The notes under the pieces were generated by a model. That model was not told the origin of the DNA, searched no databases, and was given only the letters and a program-made list of their open reading frames with translations. 64,000 bases of DNA from the NCBI GenBank assembly GCA_009602725.1, contig WELB01000019.1, positions 927,438 to 991,437 on the forward strand. The letters run 5' to 3'. The first letter of the stretch is position 1, and the number at the start of each line of letters is the position of its first letter. This DNA comes from Spirogloea muscicola. Taxonomy: Eukaryota. This document shows, piece by piece, positions 23,554-39,102 of this stretch. Made by a program: the position numbers and the translations under genes.

Positions 23554-26500
23554 GGCTGGCCATCACCGGACCTGCCTCGTCAAGCCGGTCTGTCATGCTG
23601 CGGCTGTGCGTCCAGGATGCGGCCGCCATGGAAGACGCCAAAGGCGGCGGCGACGGCGGCGGCCGCGATGGCGGCGGTGGCGGCGGCCTCGTCGCCTGGC
23701 TGCGGCACCGGCCTGACGAGCGGCTTGGCGAGCTGGCGCCTATCGCAGGACTCCTCGTGGCGCGGCTCCACCGCCTCGGCTCGCCTCCTGGCGGCTGCCC
23801 GGACGTCGCCGCCGCCGAGGACGCCCCGGCGGTGACGGCCGCCGCGCGCCGCGCCATGGCGGTCCTGTGCCAGGAGGCGCGCTGCGGGAGCCTGCATGCA
23901 GCTCTGGGTGTGCCTTCCAAGCTTCGAACCCTAGACCTCAAATCCTAAAACCCTATCTATATGCATAGAACCATATTTTCAGCTAACCCTTTCGGCATTG
24001 AATCCATACCTGATCTCAACCCCCTTAGAGCCTATCGATTGAAGTGGGCTTCTAACGGTCGTCGGACAAGCTAAGCCTGTCACGACTGTTGCCTGCTAGC
24101 GCCTGCCCTGACTTGCGTAAAACCCCAAATCCCTGACTAAACCCTCAAGTTTAGCTATATCTTGAGTGCTCTACCTTCAGCTTACCCTTTTTGGGAGTCC
24201 AGCCCTCACTTGCTCGCAATCCCCCAGAGCCTATCAATTGAAGTGGGCCACTTGCGGCAGTCGGAAACAAAGGGCCTGACTTGCGTAAACTACTAAAACC
24301 CTGACTGAAGCGTAAAACCTTAAGTTTATCTATATGTCAAGAACCCTACCTTCAGCTAACTCTTCTGAATGCTAGCTCTCACCTGATCTCAACCCCCTGG
24401 AGCCCATCAACTGAAGTGGGCCACAACAGTTGCTGGTGCAGACCCAGCCGCAGCCGGCGGCAGCAGCGGCGCCGTGGCATTCGTGCGTGCCATCGCCTTC
24501 TCTGGGGACTTGTGCCGGCTCTGGCGCTGCCTGGTGCTGTGCCAGCCCTGGCCAGAAGACGGCGGGGATGACGGTGATGACCATGATAGACAGCTCGGCA
24601 GAAATCCGCATGCCAGCGGGCCTGCAGTCGATGAAGCGCCTCTGGCGATGACGTCCAACGGCGACTGGCGGCGGGAGTCGCGGCCCTGGCACGACACTGC
24701 TGCGGAACCCGCATTGCCGCTGCTGAAGGCGGCCCTGCTGGCTGCACCGGCGGCCTCGCTGGGTAGTCTCCTGGCCGGCGCGACGGCTGCCTCAGACGGC
24801 AGCGGCAGCTCAGGCGGCCTGGAGGCGGTGGCCTGGGTGCTTGGCAGCATGGCAGCCTCTAGGCGCGGCCCTGCTGTGGCACGCAAGTGGGCTGCCGCAT
24901 GGGCCGCCCTGGTGTGCGCTGCTGGTGATGACGAGGTGCCCGTCTGGACTCCCTGACGTGTGTTAGTGTCGAGCCTACCTGATTTCAATAATAGATATTG
25001 AGCATTGCCGTTGACCCCTCTGCATGTTTGGCACTCTCGACCTCGTCTTGCAGGCGCTCGCCCGCGTGGCAGTTGTGCGGCGGCTCCTGACAGCGGCGCT
25101 GCTGCCAGACGGGGACCTTGCTGTCGTCGGCAGTAGCGACAGGGCTGATGCCAGCCGGGTGCTGAAGGGCCCCATGGCCGCCGCGCTCGTGGCGGAGCTT
25201 CAGACCGCCTGGCCGGCGCTGCTGGCGCTGCTCCGCCGGCCCGGCTGCCATGCTCTCCACATGGAGGTTGGTCGGCAAGTCGTACAGATTACTACAAGGG
25301 ACTCACTCGTATGTCAACTTTGTGCAGATTATTGACTTTACATTTATGGTGTGCAACAGGTCAATGTTGGTACTCTGAGGCTGCCGCGCTCCAATGGTAT
25401 CCATTGTGCAATGTACCTAAGCATCATCGAGCTCTGGCTGCTTCATGATTGCCAGGTGTTAGAGCTTGTCGCGGCTCTCGACGATGCGGCTCCGCCACGC
25501 CTGCAGGCCGCCGCAGCGCGCCTCCAGGCCACTCTGGGCCTGCTCTTCTCGCGTCTGCCGGTGGCGCCGGAGGAGGTGCCGGCCGCCTCCAGCTTGCCAG
25601 CGTCGAGGGCGTGCGAGCACCTGCGGCGGCTTGCCGTGAGGCTGGCGGCCGGCGGCGGGTCGCACACGCTCGCAATGCTCGTCGGGCATGCGCTCGACTG
25701 CTCCTTCGAGCTCGCCGCCGCCTGCAGCCATCCAGGTGGAAGAGCAAGATCGCCCAGAACAATGTCATTAGAGAGCGAGGAGATTTGCTACTCTTTCAGA
25801 TCACTTAGGACCAGATTAGCCTTGTAGTTTAGGTTACCATTTGATTTGATCAACTAATCTGGCCGCTCCTGTCAGGTGGAGCAGAGCCCTTTATCCGAGT
25901 TGCTAACAGCAATTAGTGTCTATTGCTGCCAAACTACTAGAGAGCCCGGCTAGCAATCAGCAGCTTGCATGACTCACATAGACTTGTATCGTTTCAGAAG
26001 CGAGTGCGCTGATAGTTGCCACGGCGGCCATTCAGAGCAGGCCCCCATGGCTGTCCAGCGGCATGGGAGGCCGGTGCTGGCGGCGTCAGCAGCGGCGATG
26101 TCGGGAGCAGCCACGTTGTGCGGGGCTCATGGCCACCTGGAGGCGGACGGCAACCTGGCGCTCCCTTACGGTGGCGGCCTGGCGCTGCCGCCGCAGGGCA
26201 CTGCCGTTGTTGGACTCCTGGGCGAGAACTGCAAGCGGCGGCGGCTCTCCCCTCTGCTCTCGGCGCCGCTCGCTGGCGGACGCGGCCTACTGAGCACCAC
26301 AGAGGCTGCTGACGATGGCTCTCGCAGCCACCACCGAATGAGGGCCCAAAATGGTGCTGCCGTTAACAAGTCGGCGGCGCCCAGTGACAGAGCCTTCGTG
26401 GAGCTCACAAGCCTCGTGCGGGCCACCCTCCGTCTGGCAACCAAGGCCGCTGCCGAAGGTGGGCGCGGCCTCGGCGGCGGGGCGACGGTGCCTGAGTGGC

Positions 26501-28356
26501 ACCTTGCCCCGGTTGGCGTGCTGTGCTCCCAGCTGGCGGCGCGGATGGACTTGCCTCACGAGCCGCCCATGACCATGGAGGAGTATGAGCAGGTGTCACT
26601 TAGCAGCCCTAAGTTACCCTTATTTCAGTTTTGTAAACCCTCTTCTTCGACGTCTATATGTGTGCGTCAAGCCTCTCTATTACTTCACAGTCTTGTCATG
26701 CATTCCTATTCCATGGTCCACTTGTTCAGTGAGGATCACATAGGTCCATAGGTCCCGTGTCAGCCCTGCTGATGGCAGCCTGCCGTACGGACAGGTCCTC
26801 CCGCGCAAGGTGACCAGCGCGCGGCACAACATTCTGGCTGCGGCGTGCCGTCACAACACCTTCCTCTTTCAGGTCCGGCAAACAGCGGCGACCACTCTCA
26901 CCGCCCTGATTCGGCAACTATCCCACTGCCCTGGCTGTGGCTCAGTATGGTAATCTGTCTTATGGTATGTATAATGCTATCCTATGGAGTTTTAGTTGGA
27001 CCCCGTGTGGTTTACCATAAGCTGACAGCTGCTGTGGGGTCTGCATTTCGCTGGTGGCCTCGCAGTTGCTCGCACTCGCTGCGGAGCAGGGCCCCTCGCG
27101 GGAGCTGCTGCGCTGTGCCGAGCTCCTGCGCGTCCTTCTGGCGGACGCCATCAGCAGCTGGCACAGCCACCGCCACTCGAGCGAGGCTCGCACTGTGAGC
27201 TCCCCTCTCTTCACCCCGGCAAAGCAGTGGCCAGTTTCCAGTGACTGCCAGCTCCTGACATGGCCGCCTGCAATGGATGCCCAACGAGTTGCACTACAGG
27301 CCCAGGAGCAGCGCCTCACAGTGGAGGAGCAGCGGGCCGAGGAGCTGCTGCGGCTGGTGGGGCGTGCCGGGTGGCTGCCGCGCCCGCTCGCCTCATGCGC
27401 CGAGCTCGTGGCGCTCCTCGACCGCGCCGACGTGCCCGACCTGCTGATGCTCGCCTGGCGCTGCATGCACCATGCCATGGCGTTCGGGCCGCACTCCTGG
27501 GGGAGCCGCCACCGCTCCCCCAGCTTCTCCAGTTCCATCCAGGTATTGTCCTGCTACATTCAGGGTTACGGATTAGGGTTTAGGTCTTAGGGGGCTTAGG
27601 GTGCTGAGCGGTGCTAAATTGACCGGTTGCTTTGGTTTCAACTGTCATCCTTGAAGGTGAGGCCTTGCAGCACCCTGACTGTGAACCTAACTCTGATGAT
27701 TGTTTGCACATGTTGGGGCGCCTATAGTAGTGATCGTGAAAGTAATGTAATAGCAATGTGATGGTAATTGTGATAGTAATGTAGTATGTGGTCTGGGCAG
27801 CAGCTGGCCCCTACCGATGGCGGGTACGTTGAGCTGCTGCCACCCCCACTGCCAGCAGTGAGTTTCCCTGTACACCATACAGCTGTATCGTCCAAAGTCT
27901 GGCGGATGCTTACTCTGTCTTAGTTCTCTTATCATGAGCTGGGATCCCAGCTCTGCTTTCGGCCGTCCGCCGTTATGTGAGCGCAAGCTGCCAGCCTTCT
28001 GGCGCCTTCAGTCCTCAGCCTAAACAGGGAGGCTAGTCTTGGATGTTACTGCAGTCTACCTTCTCATTGTGGACCCTGGACTCACTGACCTTCAGTAGCT
28101 GCAATAGTCAGTAGGCGCTACAGGTGTGCATTTCAAGCGTACCTCCTGACAGTCTGCTTGTCCCATGCTCACATGTATGGCGCAGGTCGCAAGGCCAGGC
28201 AGCGAGGTGCCAGAAGCAGCTGCTGCAGCAGCGACGCTGGGCCTGGAAGCGGAGGAGGACCTCACCTTCACGGAGTGGGAGGGCCACCTCTTTGCAATCT
28301 TGCGCCGTAACATAGCGCACATCGGCGCCCACTTTGCACAGATCTTCCCAGTCTAG
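23502..28356 (+). CDS. Probable Integrator complex subunit 5 (INTS5)-like helical protein; ~9 exons, ~850 aa
   Basis: In-frame exons 23502-23907, 24442-24935, 25054-25266, 25456-25735, ~26036-26592, 26795-26872, 27066-27194, 27300-27542, 28186-28356. The C-terminal blocks FLFQLLALAA..LLRCAELLRVLLADAISSW, GWLPRPLASCAELVALL..LLMLAW and LFAILRRNIAHIGAHF match the order and pattern of the INTS5 C-terminus as recalled. Confidence 0.65.
23925..24425 (+). repeat. Intronic degenerate tandem repeat, about 3 x 180-195 bp, containing telomere-like AAACCCT words
   Basis: TTCAGCT(A/T)AC...GAGCC(T/C)ATC(G/A)A(T/C)TGAAGTGGGC recurs at ~23978, ~24176 and ~24351. Confidence 0.8.
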
Positions 28357-29023
28357 GCAGCTGCTGCAGCAGCGACTGCAAAAATACTTAAAATTTGCTG
28401 CATGTTGACAGACCTGCAGGTGCTGAGTGCCCTCGATTTATCTCAGTTCTTTCGTGTCCCAGGCACGCACACTTTGCAGCAGCCTCATCCTAAGCACAAG
28501 TCCTTTATGGTGTTCACGTGAAGTCTAGCGTATAGACAACAAGCCGTGAATGCTTGATCTTGATGTATTCATAAGGATATTGACTACAACGAGCTGACAA
28601 AGAAACAGGAGAATGTTGTCAAGTGCAGGCACAGCGTGGAAAAGGTTGCCACGACTAGCCAGAGTTGTTAGATGTGACTGCTGTCGTCCAATTATGCTAC
28701 AGATGCTAAAAGACACCATCATAGTCCAGCCATGGCTACTGTGGCTGCCACCTCTGCGGCCTTCTGCCGGCTTAGGAGTTGGCATTCTCCAAACAAAAGC
28801 CCCCAGCCTCCGAGTAGCAACGGCTGTAATTCAAAGCAAGAAATCTTGCTGCATGATGCTGAAATTTATTGCACGGGCTCCACCTCTACGCAGTCCTGGC
28901 AGTGTCGACCCAATGATTCCTGCGCGATTGATTACAAATTTTGCTGCACAGCCTTTCCTATCAAGACAAGTGACCCCTGTCCCATGCACTTCCGCCTCTT
29001 GATATAGGCAGCCCAAGGAGGTC

Positions 29024-31125
<2,102 letters not shown>

Positions 31126-31979
31126 NNNNNNNNNNNNNNNNNNNNNNNNNNNNNNNNNNNNNNNNNNNNNNNNNNNNNNNNNNNNNNNNNNNNNNNNNNN
31201 NNNNNNNNNNNNNNNNNNNNNNNNNNNNNNNNNNNNNNNNNNNNNNNNNNNNNNNNNNNNNNNNNNNNNNNNNNNNNNNNNNNNNNNNNNNNNNNNNNNN
31301 NNNNNNNNNNNNNNNNNNNNNNCTGCCCCCTCCCACCCGTTGGGTCCAACTTCACATTCCATGGGGTCCATTCCCATCACCAAAGCGCTCTGCCGACGTG
31401 GCCTTTTTGAAGGCCATGTCGGCCAGTGCTGTGATTCTCCGTGGTTTAGCGAGAAACGTGTCCGTCAACAATTGATTGTGCCAGATACACACTCTTTGGA
31501 ACGGAATTTCTTGGAAGTAAGACGGCATGCGTCGGCACCAAAGCACATGTACTGCACGCATTATTGCCAACTCTTGGGCCATGATTCTGCCAAGCCTCGA
31601 AAAGCTCCACTCTTTCCAAAATGGGTTCCGTTATCTTGGGGCCGTGCTGCTGGCTATCAGAGTTGCTGCACTTCGTCCTGTGATTGTCGAAGAAACGATC
31701 TTTAAGAGCGAAAAGCAATGGCTGTGAAGGCCATTCCGTATGAACGAGGTCTGAGAAGGTCCGTTGAAGGAGGGCGCTTGCCGTTTATGCAGGATGCAGC
31801 GGTGTAATGCAGGCTAGGAGGCTTTGTGAATCTACCAGAAGTACATGGCACTAAGCCAACAGTCCTTGTCAAGCTCTTCACTGTGCATATCCAGGAATCT
31901 GCACATTAGAGTCTCATGAGCAAACGAGCACCTGCTAGACACCATGTTGTCCACCTCCACCACCTACCACCTACCAACA

Positions 31980-32170
31980 CCTCTGACCTTGGTGGCAGAA
32001 GGGCTCCGTTCCTGGCATCTAGTATTCATGCATCGAGTATTGACCTTTATGTTTTGACCCGTGGTTTTTGAGCGGGTCAATCTGCTGTAGGTTATGTAGA
32101 TTTTTAGATGTGCTAGCCTTTGTACCTGGCCATTTGGCCTACATTTCTTTCTAATACACGATCTCTCCTC
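31980..32170 (+). mobile_element. Short 3'-end copy of the family-A CRE-like element
   Basis: Close match to 10760-10930 (GGTGGCAGAAGGGC...GACCTTTATGTTTTGACCCGTGG...GGCCTACATT). Confidence 0.8.
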
Positions 32171-32859
32171 CTTCTGACCCGGGCTGCTGAACAAGTGAGT
32201 AGAAGAGTATGCATGTACAATCCACCTTTTTCCATCCCAGTGAGGACTATCAAGGCGAAAAGTACGACTTCTGCAAAAACGTAAGGTACGAGTATTATGT
32301 ATCCCAGCTGTCAACGGAGCTTGATGATGTAGTACTTCCCAACAGGGGGCGATAGCTGTGGAAAGCAAGCACCAAAAGGGTGGACAAGATTCAAAGGCAG
32401 GAGTAAGTGTGCAGATTACCTGATTCTCAGTGCATCGATCTCTGCAGCATCTCAGTAGCTAGAATCTGGTGACCATTCGACCTTGTCCGAGTTAGACAAG
32501 ATGATATCTACAACCTCACTTAGGCACCTCGCATTAACCAACCCATTCTTCAATAGCACCGCCCTTGTCACCCACTCGAAACGATGCACAGATACATGCA
32601 TAGATAGCCAAGAGTGTCTTGCACAGCTACCATGTGTGTGACTTTTCTCCCCTCCTGGCAGGACTCTTGCACTCTGTGAAAGCTGCAACTTTTCATTTTT
32701 ATCTTAATATTTGATTGGTTATGAAATGACAGTCCAGTCAAATTTATTGAATACTACCACAGACAGGGCAGGACATTCGTGTCAAAGGTGTAGACCAGGC
32801 TGCCCAATAAGCTGCAGCACCAGATTGATAGGAGTCTTAAGAATTTGAATGTATTGCCA

Positions 32860-35800
32860 TCATACAATAACGTGCGAAAGCAGTTGCACAACGCAGGCAG
32901 AGCTGCGGAGCTCAACGCAGCGAGCGCCCAGGTTGGCGGCTGGCAGGCTTATGGCCTCACGGGCCGTTTCTACCAGGCCGCTCTGGGTTGCATACTCCAA
33001 TGCCAGGTCCGTGTCGACCTGAGCCAAAGCCAATGTCACGTCAAAGTGGATGTGAGGTCCTTCACTCGTAATTGCCACTTGTGAAGAGAAGCAGACACTG
33101 CGTCTGGTCATGACCCCGTTGTGTAACGTCAATCGCCCTACATTGAAGCCCATTTCCTCAAGCTCAAGTCCTCGAAAGGTGGTCAATTAGCCGGTCCACT
33201 TATTGCCGCGGCCAGTGCAACCTCATCCTCATCCAGTTCCACTTTATGCTTATTGGGCCATCAAGCAAGATAAATTGAAAGATTAGACGAAGAAGATGAA
33301 GGCTCGCGCACCTGCTCAACATGCTGGGCCAGCCTCTCCCACAGTGTGCCTTCTGTGACCTGCCGCTTGGCAACCTGCTCCAGAAGGGGGTCCGTCAGGG
33401 GCCGTTTCCTTGACCCCTCCCTTTCATTGATTGCTAAGAGTACCTCAAAGATTGCCCTTGTCACGTCCGGGATGTACCTGCAGAGACATTGCAGAGCACA
33501 TCTGCTAAAGCTGCTGCAAGTGTTACAAAGAATCTGGTCTTTATGCGCATCAGATGAGCTCTGTGCAGATTAGAGTAGATAACTAGCTCTCCTGCACCTG
33601 GTGCTTGCAGGTCAAACAGGTATCTGTCACTAGAATATGCTAATGCAGCACACATTATTCTAACTTGCAGTGCCCATGTGCAAAGAAGTGCCTTGTGCAG
33701 GTAGGAGTGCTTGATTGTAATTCTCCTAGCCCACTTGCCGACCTTTGCAAGTTGCGTTTCCTCTGTTGCCTCTCCCGATCTTGCTGCTGCCGCGCAATAC
33801 GCCCTCGCAGCTGGGCACAGCACTGCTGCAGTGTTGCCTGCACAGCTCCTCTCACCAATGCTTCAAGAGTATGCCATACACAGTGGTTGTCACTGTCACC
33901 ACGATGTCCTGAGATGCAGCACCTTCTTCACTAATACTTGCTGTGTGAAGTCAGCTTAAACCAGTCTGGCAATGGCAAGGGCGATACATATAGATGACTT
34001 GAGGTCCTTTGCTTTGGGTACTTCACCTTCACAGCCAGAGCTATCTGGGTTATGTCATCACCAATGTACTCCTTTCCTGTGCCTTTGAATGGGATTTTGG
34101 TACTGACTATGCTGACAAAGACACCGATCTTGTCCAACATTGGGTTGATCTTGTAGCTGTTCCAGCTGCACAGCCCTCGTCAAAAGACGGGAAAGACAAG
34201 GCTAGTAAGCAACTTTCAAAGGGATGAAGCTGCAAATGTTGTACTGTCCTTCTACCAGGCAAGTACGCGATACACCATCTTAGCATCATCGATATATGGG
34301 GCGCACTTGATCCTCTTCATGGCTGTCCGAGTGACGACATCGCCGCCAGCTTCGAAAAGCAGAGGTATCCTATTTGCGAAGCGAAAGACATTGATGCCCT
34401 GCAGCAACAGAGGAAAGTCGACGGATTATCGCAAAATAAGATAGTGTGGCAGAGCCCAATTATGTCGCTTTGGCAAATGTTGGCTGCAGACTATTGAGAA
34501 TCTGTTGCCAATACCGGCTTGACATCTCTCCCGCCCAAGCTTATGCCGCCTTCGACGATGAAGGGATGCCCCTCAAAGACATGCACACTGCACATTCTCA
34601 TACAGTCTCCACTGTTTAATAAAAAGATTGCACCAACTTTGACACGCGCAGGCACGTCACAAATTTGTTGGCTGAAGCCTTCCGGGGCATACAATAGTGC
34701 ATCCAAGTATTCGATGGATCATCTCAAATTGCACTAGTCTTCATAGATCTGCTGCTGAGGCCTCCAATTGACTGCTGGGAGCTCGCCGAGCTGAAGAGCT
34801 GAAGAGGCAAGGCCTGTGCACGGCAGAGACTCACCTGCTTTGGTATGTGGCAACCATCTCCGGGTGCAATTCCTTCATGATGCCCAGCCGCAGATTGTAC
34901 TCCCCAGCAGGACTGAGGCACTGTTCACATGGATTGGAGTATTATCAGTTGTGGTGGTCACTTGAAGTGGTGAGTAGCCATGGTGGTCTCTTCCACAGTA
35001 ATCAGCACTTGCGGGTCAATAAGGTCCTGACAAAGTCTATAGGCTTGGCACTGAAGAGTTACAGCCAAGGGATCTTAATTATTTGAACATGAACTTGTGG
35101 GTCAGAAGGAGCTTGAGGATCTGCAAGCGGCTTTGAAGAAAATATTTCTTGAAGATAAGATATATAAGCAGCTGATACAGCATCTAATCGCCTTCTTGTG
35201 CCAGATGTGCCTGCATTGCATGCTCACCTCCCCAGTTGGATTGTCAAACTTGGCCTGCTGAAATAGCTGATGTATCCTCACAATCTGCTGGTCAGTCAGT
35301 GACTTGATGATAGTCTTGGTTGTGAATTCGGGTAAACCCAGCTCACCTGTTAGGACGCATGTCCGTGCATTTCAGCAAGAAGAGCTGTGCATAGAAGAAC
35401 ATGAATTTTCATGGTGCCACAGCAATAACTTAACCAGCTATACCTCACCAATCATCTATACTAATATAAACACAGCAAGTCTCCGCAGATACACTCGTCT
35501 CAGAGAACAGGTGCAGTGGCTTGTATGCAACGAAGCACCTACTGCAGCCTCTTTTCTCAAAAAGGCTGACGAAGCTGCAAGCATGAGTTACTCACTTACT
35601 AGTCTCTCTGCCAGCTGCTTGCTTATGCTGTCAAAGCTGGCTTGTAGGAAGGGCCCCAGGCTTGGCTTGGAGCTCTCCGCAATCAGGCGCTTGATGAGCA
35701 GCAGGTCCACAGCAGATGGGTGATACTTGGTCTCCAAGGGCAGCGCAGGCATCACATCTGTCCGTCTCGCGAACCTGATCTTGAGATTCTTGCTGTCGTA

Positions 35801-38800
35801 CAGCTAAGCAAACAATCAGTATTACTTGGTGAATGGGTGTCAATTGGTTGCATTGTCAGACGATTTCAGCATGCAAAAGTTCCAGGGCAATGCAGGTAGT
35901 AGAACACTAACGAACATGAGCACAAGAGCTTCTCACTCCGTGCAAGTCAACCTGTACATGGGTCCTTCAGGAGCAAGGGATAACTGTTGACGTTCTTACT
36001 CTGGCGTAGATCCGACATAGCTGAAGGTGAGCTGCGCATATGGGGTGATAACAGCCATCTGTCGCATGTAGCTGATGATCTTTGACTGCACATGAGCAGT
36101 GGACCCAAACTAGTCTTAGGTTCCAGCTTCATCATCATCGACCAGTCTTGTTAATCAAATGCAGTGCAAGATTATGCTGCAGAACTGAGCCCAACAAGTA
36201 TACAAGTCAAAATCTAAGCATCATTCTTCAAATGCTTAGCACAGGAGCCTCACTCTGTATGTGGTCCAGTTGCCTTCAATTATGACCTGCAGCTCCGCTC
36301 CACGCCACTTGTGGGTATTTGTGTGCTTCTCAAGGGCAAGTACTCGAGGCACGTTCCTGAGCAAGGAGAGGGTCCACAAGACAACCACGGAATAAGACAA
36401 GCCTGAAAGCAGCTGTAGCAAACCCCAGCTTGACATGTGGCGGCAGCACTGACTATACAGTGTGACAATTCCAGAAATTTGCCTGAATCAGCAATGATGC
36501 ATGGGTCATATGTCTAGGTTTGAGGAACATCTGCACTACTTCTGTCATAAGTCGCATATATGGCATACAGGGGCTCAGATGTACTTGTGGATGTCGATGT
36601 CAAGTCGGCAGTAAGATACATATGGCTGTGCCTGCATGGAGCTCCAGATCTGGATAGGCAGTCCCGTGCTCATCTTGGACCAGATTAGAGCCTGCAGTAC
36701 GTGTCTGTCTCTGTGCATAAGTACAAGATGGAGGGAGCTCTGGCAGTTGTCAGCAAGAGAGCCTCTGCATACTAGTGCTAGCTTGACGCCCACACCCATC
36801 CCATCCACTAGATGGCATACAAGAGCAGTTGTAAATTGCGAGAATACCATCTTGGCGCCCAGCCCAAACTTGCCGCGCGTCTGCCTCAAGCCATATTTGG
36901 TCCCCGATAGCACTGCATGCTACAGCGGGCCACTCAGGTGATGAGCCGGCTCTTGAAGTACAGGGCCACATTGAGCTCTTCTGTGTCATTGCTCGTGGAA
37001 GGCAGACTCTAGCGTGTCGCATGCATCTCCTTACTGAAGATGCAAAACTAAGCAAGTCACACCAACAAGGCTTATTACTGTATAAATTGTATCATATGAG
37101 CTGTTTGGATCACCCATGCTCCAAGCACCAGCCACAGTCCAGTAAGCGAGCTTGTGAAGGCAGGGCAGTGAATCTCACCACGCCCCAGCATGTTGGCGAT
37201 GTCGTCATGAGGCATCCCCTTCCCGTTGTCCTAGAAAGCCATGACTACTGTGCTTCATCAGATGGGCAAGCTCGGCTATGTCCACTGCCTTTTACCTCGA
37301 TCACGACTGTGACCAGCCAAACTAACACACACATGCAGCACTAGTGCTCCTCTACGACGTGCTGGTCTACACATTTCAGCAGTTTCACCTTGCATGTGAC
37401 CCTGAAGAGCGTGGTCTCGCCTCGGCCACGTCCGGCCTTCCCAGCCGCCTCCTTGCTCTTCAACAGCCTCCCCGCAGCCACAGCCTTGGCGAGCCGCTCA
37501 TGCTCCTTGGCCTCCTTGGCCAGCCGTTTCTGCAAGGAGAGCACACCGTCTCAGCTTGTCCTGCTTGCCCATCAGACCCAGTCGCTGCAGACTGTCCCAG
37601 TAACAGTGATACATGACAGAGATGAGAAGAGCTTCAGTGTCAGGCTGTACAGGGATTGGTGTCAAGCTGTTTCCCCCTTCTCGACTAGGTTTTGTCACAG
37701 CCTTAACAAGGTGTTTATGTAGCTCTTCGAAAAGTCACAGCCTACATCTTAGCTAACAGCCTACATCTTAGCTAGTTTGCTTGGATTATCAAGAAGTGCA
37801 GCACCTCTTTGGCTCTCTCGTTCTCAAAGTCGTCGTATAGCTCAGCATCCACACGTTCCAGCTCGACAAGGCCAATCATAGAGTTGAAGCTCGATCTACT
37901 TATCTCCTCACTGTTATTATGTCCCAAGTCATATTAGAGTGGCACAGAGGCATGACAAAGCACTAAGACCTCACTAACAAGCACAAGCAAGCACCTCGAA
38001 TCCTCCTTAATTCAAGTCTGTGTATACAATTCAGGGTGGTAGGGCGCTAGAGAGGCTCACATGGTGACTTCAACGTGCGGGAGCTGGCCAATGGCTTCTG
38101 CAGAATCCAGCGCGTTCTCCAGCAGCTCACGGACGGTGGTGTACAGGATTTTGCCTGGCTGCAGCAGCTCACAACAAGCAGTTGTGCGTCAGATGACAAG
38201 GTGCAGACTTGCTGCAAGTAATTGGACTATACAGTGCACAAGCCACTGTGTGCCATCAATACTGTAAGGCCTAGACAAATAGCGAGACACAAATGAGCTA
38301 AGTGCAACTAAGGTCAAAGGAGAAAATGGCAGCTCACATTGTCGAAGCCTGCAATGTTCTTATTCTCAGAGAAGAACTCCGCAGGGGACTCTGGCAAGCG
38401 GCATACAACAGGCATTGTCAGCAGTGATGAAGTAAAGAAAACTTGTCCTTGGCAGACATATTGAGTTTGGAAGTACTGTCAAGCTTGATAGGTGACCTGT
38501 AAAACCCGACCCCGATGACTGATGTGAGCATGTTTACACCGTACTCCTCCGCTGCAAAGGATTCGGATTTATTGCTTATACTGAGCCAACTCTGAGCAAT
38601 ATTGCGCTCTGCTCCCAAATATTCCCCGCCTGTATGAGCTCTGCAATATTGCTACGCAGCTCTGCCCATCTGTTTTCAGCAGCAGCTTCATTCGCCGCTG
38701 CGCCGGGTAACTAGCTTCCTTCTCCTGCTGGCAACCATCCCAAGCCCCACCAAGGCTCTGACAGTTCTCTGTCCCAAGAACTTGGACCAAGCGATATGAT

Positions 38801-39102
38801 GCCCACGAGTTCAAAGCCCTCAGGAGGAGATCTTTCACTACACTGCAGCAACTGAGGACACAAGGTATCCTGCGCTGTCAGGAAAGTGCTCAGGACGAAG
38901 CCCTGAACACAGTCTCATAAGTCCGTCAACATACCCAACACACATACAAGCAAGCCCAGAATCATATCCAGAGCTTGCTCAAATTGGTGCTAACAACTGG
39001 GTCAGCTGGACTGTAGTAGGCCTTGCTGTGCTCACTCTGCTTGAGGACGGGGTCGCTGCCCCGCCCCTTCTTGTGACGGCCGGGCTCGGCTGCTTCCTCC
39101 AT
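32860..39102 (-). CDS. TOP6B: DNA topoisomerase VI subunit B (plant type), many exons
   Basis: LKQKSPAEFFSENKNIAGFDNPGKILYTTVRELLENALDSAE, DNGKGMPHDDI, LSGTKYGLRQTRGKFGLGAKM, FEGHPFIVEGG, RFANRIPLLFE, VSIVSTKIPFKGTGKEYIGDD. Confidence 0.97.
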
